Source: Ginglymostoma cirratum
Taxonomy: Eukaryota
Direction of reading: 5' to 3'
NCBI GenBank assembly: GCA_024137785.1
Contig: JAHRHZ010000144.1
Span: 45,845,151-45,909,150, forward strand
DNA length: 64,000 nucleotides
Position 1 is the stretch's first letter. Each line of letters starts with the position of its first letter. Below, piece after piece: positions 1 through 13,423 of the stretch. A program made the position numbers and the translations under genes. The notes beneath the pieces were generated by a model, which worked only from the letters and a program-made list of their open reading frames with translations, had not been told where the DNA came from and made no database searches.

Positions 1-37
1 CCTGCTGTGTTCATCCAGCCCCACACCTTGTTATCTC
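1..37 (+). mobile_element. Arm end of a Penelope-type fold-back element (family A), cut by window edge
   Basis: CCTGCTGTGTTCATCCAGCCCCACACCTTGTTATCTC nearly matches 43510-43546 and ~50215-50253. Confidence 0.75.
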
Positions 38-2458
38 TGGTATTACTCTCTGTTTTCTTTCCCTTAGCAAATTTTGTATTCATGCTTTTAATCCAGTGAG
101 CTTTGATATTGCTTACAAGTTTATTATGTGGTATTTTGGCAAAGACTTTCTGAAACTCTGTCTACACAAAAACACACTGAGCTATCCTGTTGCCTTTTTC
201 TAATTTCAAGTACCTTCTCTGTGTCTATTGCTGTATGTACTGCTTTATCACTGCTACTTCCTCCTTTTTTGCTACATTTGCAACTTTATTTTCTGTAGTT
301 ATAGCAAATGTAAAGTACTTCAGATGTGCCATGTTCCTCTAAAGATGTTATTTCAGCGCTGTAATCAGCTTAACCATTCCTTTGCCTCCCTTTTTGCTGT
401 TTATATATTTACAAAATACTTAGTTTCTTTTTGATATCTGCAGCTAATCTATGCTTATATTCTGTCCTGGTCCCTCTCTGCCTTTTTGGATCTCCTCTGC
501 ATTTTCGACATGAGCCTTGGTACTCAACAGAACTATGAACCTGAATTATTCATTTGACCTCTGCCTTCCAGAGTGCTTTAGCTCATTCTTTGTGGAGATG
601 TGTCTAATCGGTGCACAATGCATTGTTCTTATTCAAAATAGGTATTTCATTTAATACAAACATGACAAGTGTTACATCCTGATTTAAACCACTATGTGAT
701 TGTATGAGTGGTTTGATCATTATCAACAAGGAATGGTAGTCCATCATCAAGATCCACTTGGCAAATTTAATTTGGTACTTTAGGACTGTGAACATTGGCT
801 GATGTACTTCCCAGGATTTTCACCTCCCTAAAAGTGGTGGAGAATGTCGAGGGAAGGACAGATAATTGGGTGTGTTGGTACCAAGGCATGTTGGCCCCCT
901 CTTGGCCCTGCAGGAATTAAGTTCTGTCAACCTTCCCAACCTAATACTAGTTAAGATACTTAAGTGGTCAATTAATGACCACTGGCAGGCTTACTTGCTT
1001 GTGGCAGGGGAAGAATGTCTTGCTCTTAAAGACATCTACTTGGACAACAAAAGGGAAAATCCCAGCCACAGCTTTTCTGCTGCAAGCGTCATGCTTAGTT
1101 ATCCAATTCCAGAGACTTGCCACTTGTTCCAGAGGTGAGAGTTTCAAGACTGAATGGGTTAAAGGAAAATATTCAAGTTAGAAGGTTATGTTTTACAATT
1201 GCTTCCGGTAATTCATTCATTCTAAACTGGCAGAATTAGTACATAGTAAGTAACTTAAAAAGCATGAAGTACATAATGACACTACATATAATGATGTACA
1301 TACTCTACTATAAAACAGTTCATTAAAGGAGGATGAAAAGGACAAGAGGCTGATAAATGTTAATGATGTTTAGAATTTGGGTCAGACTGAGAAAGTGATA
1401 TTAATGATGAAAATATTTCACTTTTACCAACCATTGTCTGCATTTTGATCACCGGTTTGTTACGCCAAATGCCAGTTGATAATGTTAAGAATCCAACAAA
1501 GGATGCCCATGCAGTATGCTCCCTTTGTGCAGTCTGTGTCATGAATTAAGTTGGACATGTATTAATGAATGAACGCTGCGTGCCCGCTTCATGGATACGA
1601 ATGTAAATTTGGAGGGAATTTCAGAATGCAACAAAGACCGATAGTGCTGTACGGACCTCTCTTAGCATTGAATCAATATTTGGGCCCTTCAGTGGTTGGT
1701 GTCCAGGAAGTAGCTAAACCTAACAGACCACAAAAGACTAGATTCAATCCCCAGTTTATGCTGGGTTGGCAACAATGACAGTGTTTACAATTAACTTCAC
1801 TGGTTCTGGGTTGGATGGAAAACTCAGTGAATTGTGCTTCCAATTACCTACATATTCTCCTCCCTGTTCTGGAAATTAGTCAGCAAGGCAGAATTTGACA
1901 CGATTGTGGTAATCATAATAACAGCCTGTTAACCTTGGCAATTGAAACTTCAGACTGTGTCCATGAAAATGTACACCAGCAAGGATAAACAAATTAAAGA
2001 AAGCAGTGACAAGACTGCCCGGTGCCATCCAATGCTTGAACTCTTAGTGAAGGATGTTTTGAGTGTGCTCTAGTTTGTATTTGGCATTGACATCATAGAG
2101 ATGTTTGTTCTGGTGTTTGGTTCGCTTTGAAGCCAGAACTTGAAGCGCAACAACTGTTCCCTAACTAAAAAGTGCATAACACTGAGAAAAGATTGCTTCC
2201 TGAGAGATAAAAAACCAAGCCAGAGCTTGAGAAATGGAACTATCAGCTCGGTAGATTGGATCTTGGTACTTGCTTTGGGGCAATGCCCATTGCATCAATC
2301 TCAGTTATAAAAAGCCATTTTAGCTTTGAATAGGAGACTGAGTAGACTTAAGCACACGGTGCCTTAAACACATGCAGTCAATTATTTTAATTTAGTGGTT
2401 TCAAATTTCAAGTGGTCACATTAAACAAGCTAATGTGTGAATATTTCTGTCACAATAG

Positions 2459-2539
2459 GAACGATTTCAAGTGAAAAATCCTCCACATACATATATTCTG
2501 AAATTGAAAGGTTATCTTGATCCAGCTGTAACCAGAAAG
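2459..2539 (+). CDS. FMNL2: FMNL2 exon (~ex3, 81 nt, phase 0-0): [27 protein letters not shown]
   Basis: caatag|GAACGA ... AGAAAG|gtaagg; GBD peptide. Confidence 0.96.
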
Positions 2540-2904
2540 GTAAGGAATGTTTCTAAAAACTGGAGTTACTGTATTGTAATTATTAGTTGATTTGTATTTC
2601 TTAATGAGTTCACATTCCATTTTTTTTGAACTTTGTGGGGTGATTGTTTCTTTCAAGTTCATGATTTTATCATGCAATAAATGCTGTAAAGATTTTGGGT
2701 CTGAAGCTTCTTGGTGTCTGTTACCTAGTTGATTACCTCTAACTAATTATCACTGTACCTGCCATGACTGTGGCTTTGAAGTACCAGAGGAAAAGAATTC
2801 AACTCAGATTTTAGATAACATTCTAATACTGTACTAATGTTGACACATGTTGCATTCTCCACATTCACACAAAGCAGCTGAATTCCATCTGGCTGGTTTT
2901 CTAT

Positions 2905-3208
2905 TTGTTCACGGAATGTAAGTGCCACTGGCTAGATCACCATTTATTGCCCATCCAATCACATCACTGTGGGTCTAGAGTCACATGTAGGATGGCTGAT
3001 TTCCTTCTGTAAAAGATATTACTGAACCAGATTGGTTTTTACGATGATTGGGTATGATTTCATGATTGCTGTTGAGCTAATTCCAAAATTCCAGTGAATT
3101 TCAATTTCGTCCCCCATCTGTCTCAGTGGGATTCGGACCCATGTTCTCAGACCATTGGTCTGTGGAATCTGGATCGCTGGTCCACTGACCTTACCACAAC
3201 GCCATCAC
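2905..3208 (-). mobile_element. Decayed tRNA-derived SINE whose 3' tail matches the CR1-group LINE at 41730/45835
   Basis: Minus strand has A-box-like TGGCGTTGTGG and B-box-like GGTCCGAATCC; tail CTGGCTAGATCACCATTTATTGCCCATCC resembles CTGGCTGGGCCAGCATTTATTGC at ~45893. Confidence 0.6.
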
Positions 3209-3833
3209 CTTCCTTGTGGATAAAGAAGAAAGTGACAATACTGCTTTCAATGTGGATGAAGGGGCTGGTTGTGAAACTGAGAAATGTCAGTTTTCTGTTC
3301 GAGAGGAAAATGGCCTTTCATATAGTTTGAGTCAAATTAGCTGCATGTGGAACCACTTTGCACACATGTCCAGCTGACCATAGATGTAAGTAATGTACTT
3401 AAGATAATTTTTGTTTCCAAAGCCAGAGAGCATCATGATGAAAGGGATACAACTACCATCCATAGTGAAAATCCTGTGCTTAAATTGCGGTACCTCAAGA
3501 TTTATTTGAAGATTTTCAAAGGCACAATGAATACTGGAAAAGCTCCATGTATATAGCCTTTTCTTGCTCCCACACAGTCCAGCAAGAGAAAGCATGTGAA
3601 AACAATAAAACTGGAATTAGTGGTGTGGTGTGAGATTTGTGATTTTTGAAGTGGGAGGATGCAAGATTGTGATCTCTCATGCAAAACCCTCAAGGACTGC
3701 ATGAAATTTAATAACCTAATTTTATGGAATGGTCTTGGTACATCAGCTCTTGCAACTTTATTTTCCCACTATAAATGTTGTAAAATCAATTTCAGTTTGT
3801 ATATATTTAAAAAGAAACTGATTACATCATTGA

Positions 3834-4060
3834 GAGATAGTAAGAACTGCAGATGCTGGAGTCAGAGATAACAGTGTGGAGCTGGAGGAACACAACAGGC
3901 CAGGCAGCATCAAAGGAACAGGAAAGCTGACGTTTCGGGTCGGGGCCCTTCTTCAGAAAACTTCAGAAAACATTTCTGTAGAAGGGTCCTGACCTGAAAC
4001 GTCAGCTTTCCTGCTCATCTGATGCTGCCTGGCATGCTGTGTTCCCCCAGCTCCACACTC
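3834..4060. mobile_element. Penelope-type inverted-repeat element (family A) with two minimal hammerhead cores
   Basis: ~90-bp inverted arms; direct repeat ATTACATCATTGA at 3821-3833 and 4061-4073; minus-strand CTGAAGA-A-GGGCCCCGACCC-GAAA-CGTC at 3929-3956. Confidence 0.8.
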
Positions 4061-4227
4061 ATTACATCATTGATCGTGATTACTATGTGATGGACACTGA
4101 AGAATTTACTACATAAAATCCCAAATTTAATGGACATCCAGGAATTATGAAGTTTGTTAAGTATTTATTGCGCTCATCCCCTTTCAGCATCAGAATATTG
4201 AAAATAAGGTGCTTTGATTTTTTTCTG

Positions 4228-4637
4228 AAGTCATCAAGTCATACAGCATAGAAACAGGCCCTTTGGTCCAACCAGTCCACCACAACCATGTTCCCAATCT
4301 AAACTAGTCCCACCTGCCTGTGTTTGACCCATATCCCTCAAACCTTTCTTATTCATGTACTTATCCAAATGTCTTTTAAATGTTGTAACTGTACCTCCAT
4401 CCACCACTTCCTCTGGAAGTTCATTCTACACACTAATCACTCTTAGTGTAGAAAAAAAAGTTGCCCCTCATGTTCTTTCTAAAAACTTCCTCCTGTTATC
4501 TTAAAAATATGCCCCTAGTTTTGAAGCCCCCCACCATAGGGAAAAGCCTTTTGTATTCACCTTATCAACGGCCCTCATGATTTTATACCCCTCGGTAAGG
4601 TCACCTCTGACCGTCCTACGTTCCAGTGAAACAAGTC
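4228..4637 (-). mobile_element. CR1-clade LINE 3' fragment
   Basis: Similar to 44370-44790 (GTCATACAGCATAGAAACAGGCCCTTTGGTCCAAC ... CCATATCCCTC) including the RT C-terminal region. Confidence 0.8.
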
Positions 4638-6520
4638 GAAACAGTCAGTTCCATGTTCTAAAAATATTCTATTTGATCAGTCCAGCTGTTCTCGCATCCT
4701 GTGTGGATTTTATCAGCTTCTATTTTTTGTATCACGGTCTGATGGCAGAGCTGCACTAAGCAGTTTCTTCCAGCTTGAATAATCCTGGCTTTGTATTCTC
4801 ATGGTTTTTGAACGTGCCTTTACTTCAATGCAGCGCTGATATATGACACAACCTTTATAGGCCAATTGGACAGGAACACGACAAAGCATGTAAAGAAGTG
4901 TAGGTAGTTTCTTTTGACCTTTCGTCCTATTTTGGATGAGTTCCATATCATGGTTTTATAGCAAGAATAAATGCCATTGCATGGTACTTAGAGAAATTTC
5001 TGAAAAAACACATAAGTTGTGAACTTTAACTCTTTCATCAGATAGTGAAAAATAAATTCTACAAAATTCAATTGGCATTTTTTAAGAGCATAGTATGCAG
5101 TGAAAGCACTACAGAAGCATACTGTCTGCTGGACTACGATCTATGCTTGAGTGAGGATGCTTTAAAGTGTTCTTATCGTACAGTGTACAGCCTGAATAGA
5201 TAACAATAGTACAAAACAATGTATGGAAATGTTGAGGTCAACAAAATTGCTTTGACTTTTAAGAAATTTGTCATGCATTTTGCAACCAAGTGCTTTCTGT
5301 ATGGAAATCATATGCCATCAGGAGAATTTGCACGTTGGTACCTCTCAAAACTCGAAACGACTACTTTAAATTCGCTGTTAGTAGGATACACTGCACTTTC
5401 TGGTGTCTGGTGTAAGGCACTTGATCATATTTTTGATCATTGGAGATTGGAATAGTGTTTTTACACATCATCCAAAAGTAGAGCAGACCTATAACTATAA
5501 TTAAATATTAAGTACTTTTTTCTAATTATATTGTATTGCATGTTTCAGTAGAAATGTCAAATATTGTTTTGATAATCAGAAATTAATGCATGTGTTAGTC
5601 ATTTGAAATCCATTGTACCAAGTAGGGATTGAAAGGCTATTGAACATGATTAATTTGTTTGGTTATAATTGATTTTTAACAGCTGTATGGAATTTAAAAT
5701 CAAAAGTTGTTACGCTTGTTGCATTTTTTATTTAACAATTTTTTTTGCCCTGGGAAATACAGCTGTTTAATATTGCTCCTGTTCTCTGTGGCTATAGGGC
5801 ACCTTAAGATACTGCCGTGGTCAGATGCTAAGTACGGATAACACACTAATGGTTTGGTACACCCCTTTGCATCCTCATCATTACAATGAAGAATAATTCA
5901 CCACAAAGACCACAAGTAACCCGAGTTTGATGATAATTTATAGCCGACCCAAAATTTGTATCTGCAATTTCTTTAAAGCTTATTGAGCTCAATGATAAAA
6001 AGGGATGAAGAAGAAATACTAATTTTTCAGTAACGTATTACAATGTATTTGTCAGACTGGCTAAGAAAGCTGTCACATTTCAACACCTTTCTTCCTAAAT
6101 TTAGGAAATGTTGGTGTCTTCTTTTAACATATTTAGGATCCAAAACAAAGACATCTTCTGCATTCTTGGCATGACATACACTCTACAGGCACCACAATAC
6201 TGACCATCTGTCTCTGTAGACCCTGCAGGATTGTAGTTTCCTTTGAGCGTTTGGTGGTTAAAATAGATCCGGCTTAGCACAATGGTGTAGGTACTTTATT
6301 GAGGAGGAAGAACAGATGCCTGTGTAAGGTGCTGTTATCAGCAACATTATACTTCTTTTGTGTTTAATGCAACAGAACCTTTTAAAACTAGATTAAGTTG
6401 TGGTGTGTGTGTCAGAGTCATATATGTGACAACTAGACATTCTGCAAGGTTACTAAACGGTTTCATTTTTGTTTTAATGGTCCGTCCTTATTAACAATGT
6501 TTTCAATTAAATGTTTACAG

Positions 6521-6597
6521 AAGTTCAGAAGAAGAGTGCAAGAATCAACTCAGGTACTGCGAGAACTGGAGATTTCTCTGAGAACGAATTATATTGG
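6521..6597 (+). CDS. FMNL2: FMNL2 exon (~ex4, 77 nt, phase 0-2): [26 protein letters not shown]
   Basis: ttacag|AAGTTC ... ATTGG|gtaagt. Confidence 0.96.
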
Positions 6598-6654
6598 GTA
6601 AGTTTGAGCATCTTGCAAAAGGATCACACTCTGCCAATTCACCTGTTATCTATA

Positions 6655-6942
6655 TCATAGAATCCCTACAGTTTGGAAGCAGGCCATTCAGCCCATACTG
6701 ATCCTCCAAAGAGCATCCCACCCAGACCCACCCCCTACCCTATCCCAGCATTTCCCATCCTAGACACTACAGGCAATTTAGCATGGCCAATCCACCTAAC
6801 CTGCATATCTTTGGACTGAGGGAGGAAACCGGAGCATCCGGAGGAAACCCACACAGACATGGGGAGAATATGCAAACTCCACACAGAAATTTGCCCGAGG
6901 CTGTGAGGCAGCATTATTAGCCACTGAGCCACAGCGCTGCCC
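6655..6942 (-). mobile_element. HE1-type (V-domain) tRNA SINE with B-box deleted
   Basis: Collinear with 52041-52343; V-domain-like GTGTGGGTTTCCTCCGG..GCTCCGGTTTCCTCCC on minus strand. Confidence 0.85.
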
Positions 6943-7959
6943 TGAATGAGTTGGATTGTACTTTTCAAATATTTCAATACATACATTAAAATTCACATCT
7001 AAATGATTTTTCTTCCTTGTGACCAAGTGAAAGTAATTATTAATAAACCTGCTAGAAATAGTTGAAGCTTTTGTAGAAGAGCACAGATACAGATGTGTGT
7101 CCCATGTTCACAAATAGTGAATGCCCAATCTAAGTTTTACAATAGTGCTTTGTTGGGAAAGAGGTAAACTGGAACGATGGTCATTCCTGGCTAGTTTTAC
7201 GCAACAGGGAGCAGGTCTTCTGCCCGTTACCAGTGTGTGGGCTTTCTCAAATAATAAGAGTAAAAGAGAAGAAAATACATTTTTAATAAGATCCTAAGGA
7301 ATGTCCTAAAGAATGTGAATTCCAAAATCCAGTGTCTGTGCATTCTGGAGACAAATATAATCTGAAAGCTGACAGTAGTTCTTATGCCCACAGGCAAACA
7401 ACAGAAAGACTTTTGTAGTCTTGGGTGCTGCACAAAAGCATGAGAAGCTCTTGATGACAGGAAAAGGAGAACTGATCAGTGATAAGATGAAATAGTGCAT
7501 CAGGACAGAAACTCAATAACTATGTGATGAAATAATATAATCCAGAAGGCATGAACAGCTTTAAAAGCCTCTTCAAAGATTACATTGGTTTCAGATCGTT
7601 ATTTATCGCATTCCTAATACAAATTGGAAAGCAAAGACTGCTATATGAAAATATCAAGAAAAACAATTACACATGTAGGACAGAATCTCTTGTTCCTGGG
7701 GACAGTGTGCCTGTAGGTGGGAAGTGAACTTAACTAGGTGGATGGTAGTGGACCAAGACCTCATCACTTCCCCATTTTTGTCCAAATTAAATAGTTAATA
7801 GATTGCAAAGCTTGAGTATAAAGCAATTTTTTGATTATTGTGGTACAATGGGGGATATTTAGTTTGTGTCTGACTTGTGATGTGTAACCTGGCAATAATT
7901 TGGAATACCAAATGATATAGGCACAGAATAGACTTGTGTGTTACAGACTGTAGGAATTA

Positions 7960-9215
7960 ATGGTATAATTAGTCAGTCGACAAGGATTTACAAAGGTGAA
8001 CTCATGTTTTACATTCTTGTTGAGGTTTTCAAAGATGTCACTTGTAGCACAGGTAAAAGCATCAGTGGATATGGTGTATTTGGATTTTCAGAAACCTTTC
8101 AATGTCCCACACATGAAGTTGGTAAACAAAATTAGAACGCAAGGGATTAGGGTTAGTATAGTAGAATGGATTAAGAATCAGTTAACAGAGAGAAAGCAAA
8201 GAATAGGAATAAACAGGTCATTCTCAGGATGGCAGGTTGTTATGATTGAACTCCTGCAAGAATCAGTGCTAGGGCCATAATTTGTTAACAGTCAATGATT
8301 TGGATGGTGGATGGGGCTTTTGAAATATTTAAAATTTGCTAGCTATGTAAAACTAAGTGGGAGTGGAAGTTATGAGGAAGGTAGAAAAAGGCTTCAAGTG
8401 GACTAGGGCAAGCTAAGTGAAGGACAAGAACATCACAAATGGTATATAATGTGGATAAGCGTGAAGATTTTGCTTAAATGGTGTGAGTTTGGGAAGTGTT
8501 GGAGTCATGTGGGGTGTGGGTGTCCTTGTTCATGTGTCATGAAAAGTTAACATGCAGCTGTTGCAGTTAATTAAAAAGGCAAATTATATGTTTGCCTCCA
8601 TTTCAAAAAGACTTGATTACAGATGTAAAAATATGTTTTACTGCAATTGTATAGTTCATTGGTGAGACTGCACCTAGTGTCTTATGTAAAATTCTAGTCT
8701 CCTTATCTAAGAAAGGATCTACTTCCCACTGAGGGTACAGTGAAACCTCACCAGATTAATGGCAGCATTGTTTAACGGGAAGAGGTTGAGGAAAATGTGA
8801 TTAAATTTTCTAAGGTGTTGATGAATGAGAGGCGATCTAATTGAAACTTAGAAAATTGTCTCCAAAGCATGAAACAGGATAGATGTGAATAGTATTATTT
8901 CCCCTGGCTGATGAGTCTAGAATCAAAACACATTATTTTTAATTAAAGAGGCCATTTAAGACTGAGATGAGGAGGAATTTCATCTTTAGGGGTAGCAAAT
9001 CTTTGGAATGCTGTAGCCCAGAGGGCTATCAAAGTTTTGAAATTCGATCGTTGAACATGTTCGAGACCAGAAATCATTCTAGGTGGTACTTATGTCAAGA
9101 AATGTGGAGATAGTGCCATTTTCTTGACTGAGGTAGAGGATTCGATATGACCTAATTGAATAGAGGAGCAGACCGCTGGGGTTTAGTAATCCATTCCTGT
9201 TCCAATGTTCCTGTG
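7960..9215 (+). mobile_element. Decayed CR1 LINE, RT region to 3' end
   Basis: ORF 7996-8280 VDMVYLDFQKPF...HMKLVNKIR...QESVLGP is a CR1 RT motif; ends in TTCCTGTTCCAATGTTCC tail. Confidence 0.85.
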
Positions 9216-12200
9216 CATTGATATATTCAAAAATATTACTTTTTCTTAGTCATTTTGCTTGTTGGTTTATGGACCATGTGAGGATAGACCATGTAGACTG
9301 ATCCAGTGAAATCATTGCTCACCGATCATTATGTGTGTGGCATTATTCTAATCAGGTGCGAAATGTTTACACCACCAAAAGCTCTGACTACAAGGGAGAT
9401 ATTGTTAAACATCCAAGTTGTCATTACCATGAAGAGTCTACATGGCTTGCAATAAATAACTAAATAATAAAGCCTGATTGGTCCTATAAATTCTGGTCTA
9501 CAGACAACTGTGACTCTTAATGAAATAAAAGACAGATGGAAAAGGAACTATTAGTTCAAAGCCAAGCTATGTCGGGAGCACTCATCTGGGATTTTTAACT
9601 TCTATTAATGAAACACTTGGCTCGTTGAATCTGCGCAGGGTGTTCAGCCCTGAAATTGTGGGAAAAAAGACTTTCTTTACAAAACTGTTCCTTTCTAAAG
9701 AAATGGTCTGGGCCTAAAGGACTGTGTAAATTCTATCTCAAGGAGTACAAATCAGTTGTGATGTTTTGGGCTCTCTTTATCAGTCTCACTGAAAAAGCAA
9801 CAATATTTTACCGGTATGAGGCAAACAAAAAGTCTCTACAGCGTAGATTACTTCGTATTGTTAGAAAAGGCATTTATCTGATCTTGATACAGGATATACT
9901 TTGGAACAAACAAGGGTAGTAACCTACCAAAAAAATACATACAAAAGTATCAGATTCAGGCAACCAATGGTTTGTCATATTGCTAATTTAAAAAAAAAGT
10001 GGGACCAGCTAAACTGATGCCACTGATCCTTTTCTAGTTCCCTACATTCCTATGCTGAAGGTTATACATGTATTTGAGCTACAGTTCAGAGTCCTGGTGC
10101 AGTAAATATTTCTGGACTCATGTTTGCCAGTGAGTTGGTGGTGCTATGCAACTATTGCAGGCTTTTGGCATGTCCAGAATATATAGACATAGATTTGATG
10201 GCAGTTACCTATTTGGGAGTTAGGTTCAAGAATTAATCATAGAATGCAGTAAAACACAGCAGACAATGAAGGTCACTCCAGACCACATCACCTTCAATAG
10301 GAGCATACGAATCATTCATATGTAGTTGTAAATGTCACCTTTTAGGGTTGTTACAGTGGAGTAGTTCACAGAGATCCAGGCTCAAAAAAGTTCAGATAAT
10401 GGCTCATAATTATATAGTACATCGGCCTGGTATTGTCTTACTTCCAAGCACTACAGGGGAATACAAGATCTTTGTGAAAGATTTGTTGGCTAATGTATCA
10501 GGATCCTTTCCATTATTCCAGCAGGATACGTTTTCTTCAATTCCAGTTTGCACGTCTTGGTTTCATGAGAATTATTTAATTATGTGTTCACTACCAATTT
10601 ACTTCCTCAGTTTCACTTTCTTTTCTCTTCACTTCCATCAGCAGCAGTGCGCTTCTGTAACACCAGAATTTTGCGGCAGAGTCTTGCTCTTAGATGCTAA
10701 CTTCAATGTAGAAGAATTTCCCATGTCTTGCAGTCAAAAGAAAAAGTTGCTGAGCCAAAATCTCAAAAATGTTGCAAACAGTTGTTTCAACATTTTAAAA
10801 GGAGGAGAGGAAGGCTTAGACAAGAGATTCCAATGCATTGTTACTTAAGAGCATGAGAGTGGGAAGAAGATTTGTTTTGGTATGCACGCACAAGGTGAGG
10901 AAGCAGCAGAGCCGTTGAACAGATGGCCTGTATCTTGGGGATGAAGAAATATATAAGCTACTAATTGTCAGAACTGATGCTGGAGATTATCTACGCTCTG
11001 CAGAATAATCCTAGAGTGATTGCCTAAAGCCCAGTAGTGCTCAATGTGGTGCACCCTGATCTGATGATAGTTTGTGGCATCAGATATGGTTCAGTCTGTG
11101 TCATTGGATTTTAGAAAACAAACAAGCACCCATATCAAGAGAAATTGCAGGCAGCAAGACACCCACATCAGACTGTCAGTATCCTCTGTTAATGGGCTGG
11201 TCAGGCTTCAGTGACATTATCGAGGTTCAGCCTCTTGTTCACCTGAGGTTTGTGCGAGGTAGCAATTGTTGCCTTCCCCATTGGGCCATAACTCTTAGGA
11301 AAGGCAGCCAGGTTCAGAAGGCGGGATGTGTGAGCAAAGGTGATCATGCCTTGTTCTGACCTTCTACCTTCTGACCATCTACATTATACTATTCATCTTG
11401 GACCACAAAGTGGCTGGACAGCTGCTGCGTGCCAACCTCCTGGCTTTTCAGTTTGGGTAAACAGTGAGTAGACAAGGGTTGGCTCTTTAAAGTCAACTGA
11501 GCCTCCCTGCTGCCACTTCCAAAAAGGCTGACTGTTCACTTGTTCTCATTCCCACTTTGTATTAAGATCATGTTAACTGTGAACGTGATTGGAATCTCAC
11601 AGTTGGAGGTAGCTTGTCTGTGACTCCAGATAGTTTGTGCATAAATTGATCCGGATGGCTCCTCCTCCACAAAGTCCCAGGAGTAGTGTTTTAACGTGTA
11701 AACTTTGTCAGTTTTGTCTTTCGGTGACTTTGGAATGGGCACTATATAATCAAATCATTTTCTGTCTGTGGGTCAGACATCGTTCTAGGGTCTTGAAGGT
11801 GACCAGCTCTCTGCTGCCAGATTGGTGCTGACAGGAGATGAATCATGGCATATGAAGACCAATCCTTTGTTTTCCCCTCTCATTTATGGAAAAAAGAAAT
11901 TTGTGCTCCACTCTATCTCTCCCATCTCGCCTCAAACCCAGTTGAAACAGGGTGGCAGCATGTGGGGGCTGGGTATGGGTTTGAAACAAGTTAGCTACTC
12001 TGTCATTAAATGTATCAATTTGCTCACTAAGGAGCGAGCATCCTGCCTCAACAGTGTTGCTTGGAATAAATTAGGATGTTAGTAAACTTAATAGAAGAGT
12101 ATCAACAGAAACAATACGGTGGTGCATGCACTATGCTTTGAGTGTGTGCATCATTAACTGGAGCACCAAGAACGTTGCTAAATGCATGATACCAGCACTT

Positions 12201-13339
12201 TTTATTTTGTAATGTGCATACCATCTTGTGAAAAGTAAAGGCAAATCTGACTCCCACTCTCAGAAAACTAATTCCCTTTATTGTCTGAGGGTAAAGCTCC
12301 CACCTAACCATGTTGGAATTTCACTTAGGCAAATATTACCAGATGTAGAATTCCTCTTTTCCCATGGTATCCTTTCTTGCATTGTAAATGGGGGAAAAAA
12401 AATCACCATGTTCTGATATTTCATCTTGTAGCATTAAAATTGCTGCTGCCAGTATTTGATAGGCAATAAAAAATAATTTAGCCTGGAGGATAGGGGATAA
12501 ATGTTTGATAACATTGGTGGCTGTTAATAGACTGCAAGTAAAATTAATTGTGTTTTAGGTCCCACTGGATGCAGATCTACAATTATCCTGAGCATTGGCA
12601 ACACGTATCAGCTCACATTAAGATCTGTTTAGAGAGCTTGAATAAAATTGGCTTTACAGTCGTAATCCCAGTGGACAAGAACTAGCTTACATTCCAAAAA
12701 TCTGGCTTGAAATATTCAATACTTTAAAATGGAGTAGCTAGAAATATTGCTTTTTCCTGTTTGAATTTAAGAAGGAAGGGCAGAGGGGGAAAGAAAACCT
12801 CTTCCTTCACACTGCTTCACATTATATTTTTGAGGTGAAGATTTCATAACCTTCTGGTTAGAAGTTACTTTCAGTTCAGTCAGATTATCCCTTGACAGGG
12901 AAATGTATTGTTTAAAGACCTTTAGCTTTAGTGATTTGAATAATGATCAATGAAACCAAGTTGGAATTTTCATACATCACTTTTTGTGATATATACTGCT
13001 GAAGTACCTCCTTTCGTGGTAGCAGGAATTTGAAACATAGAATTGAAAAAGGAAAGGATTCTGGAATTAAGGTAGTTTCAAAACAAATGAGGACACTTTA
13101 TTATGAATGTGCTCCTCGTCTTTGATTTGCCTTTTTGTGATGGTTTGACTGTAACATAGAGTTTTCTTATGTATCATACATTGTGTCTGCCTAGAATATC
13201 TTGGATATCCATTTTGTTTGCATTGCATTTAAAGGAGACTTGCTTGAAGCGAGCTGTTTTGACTTGGATTATTTCAGTAGGTTTTCTAAATCCTTTAACA
13301 ATGTGTTTACGTGACCCTTTTGTGTTTTTTTTTGAATAG

Positions 13340-13423
13340 TTGGGTGCGTGAGTTTTTGAACGAAGAGAACCAAGGTCTAGACATATTGGTGGAGTACCTT
13401 TCATTTGCACAGTATGCAGTTAC
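13340..13423 (+). CDS. FMNL2: FMNL2 exon (~ex5, 84 nt, phase 2-2): [28 protein letters not shown]
   Basis: gaatag|TTGGGT ... GTTAC|gtaagt. Confidence 0.96.

Noticed and set aside
10348-10848. 166-aa ORF as an independent gene
   Set aside because: TTG start, no recognisable domain, intronic AT-rich context; consistent with chance.
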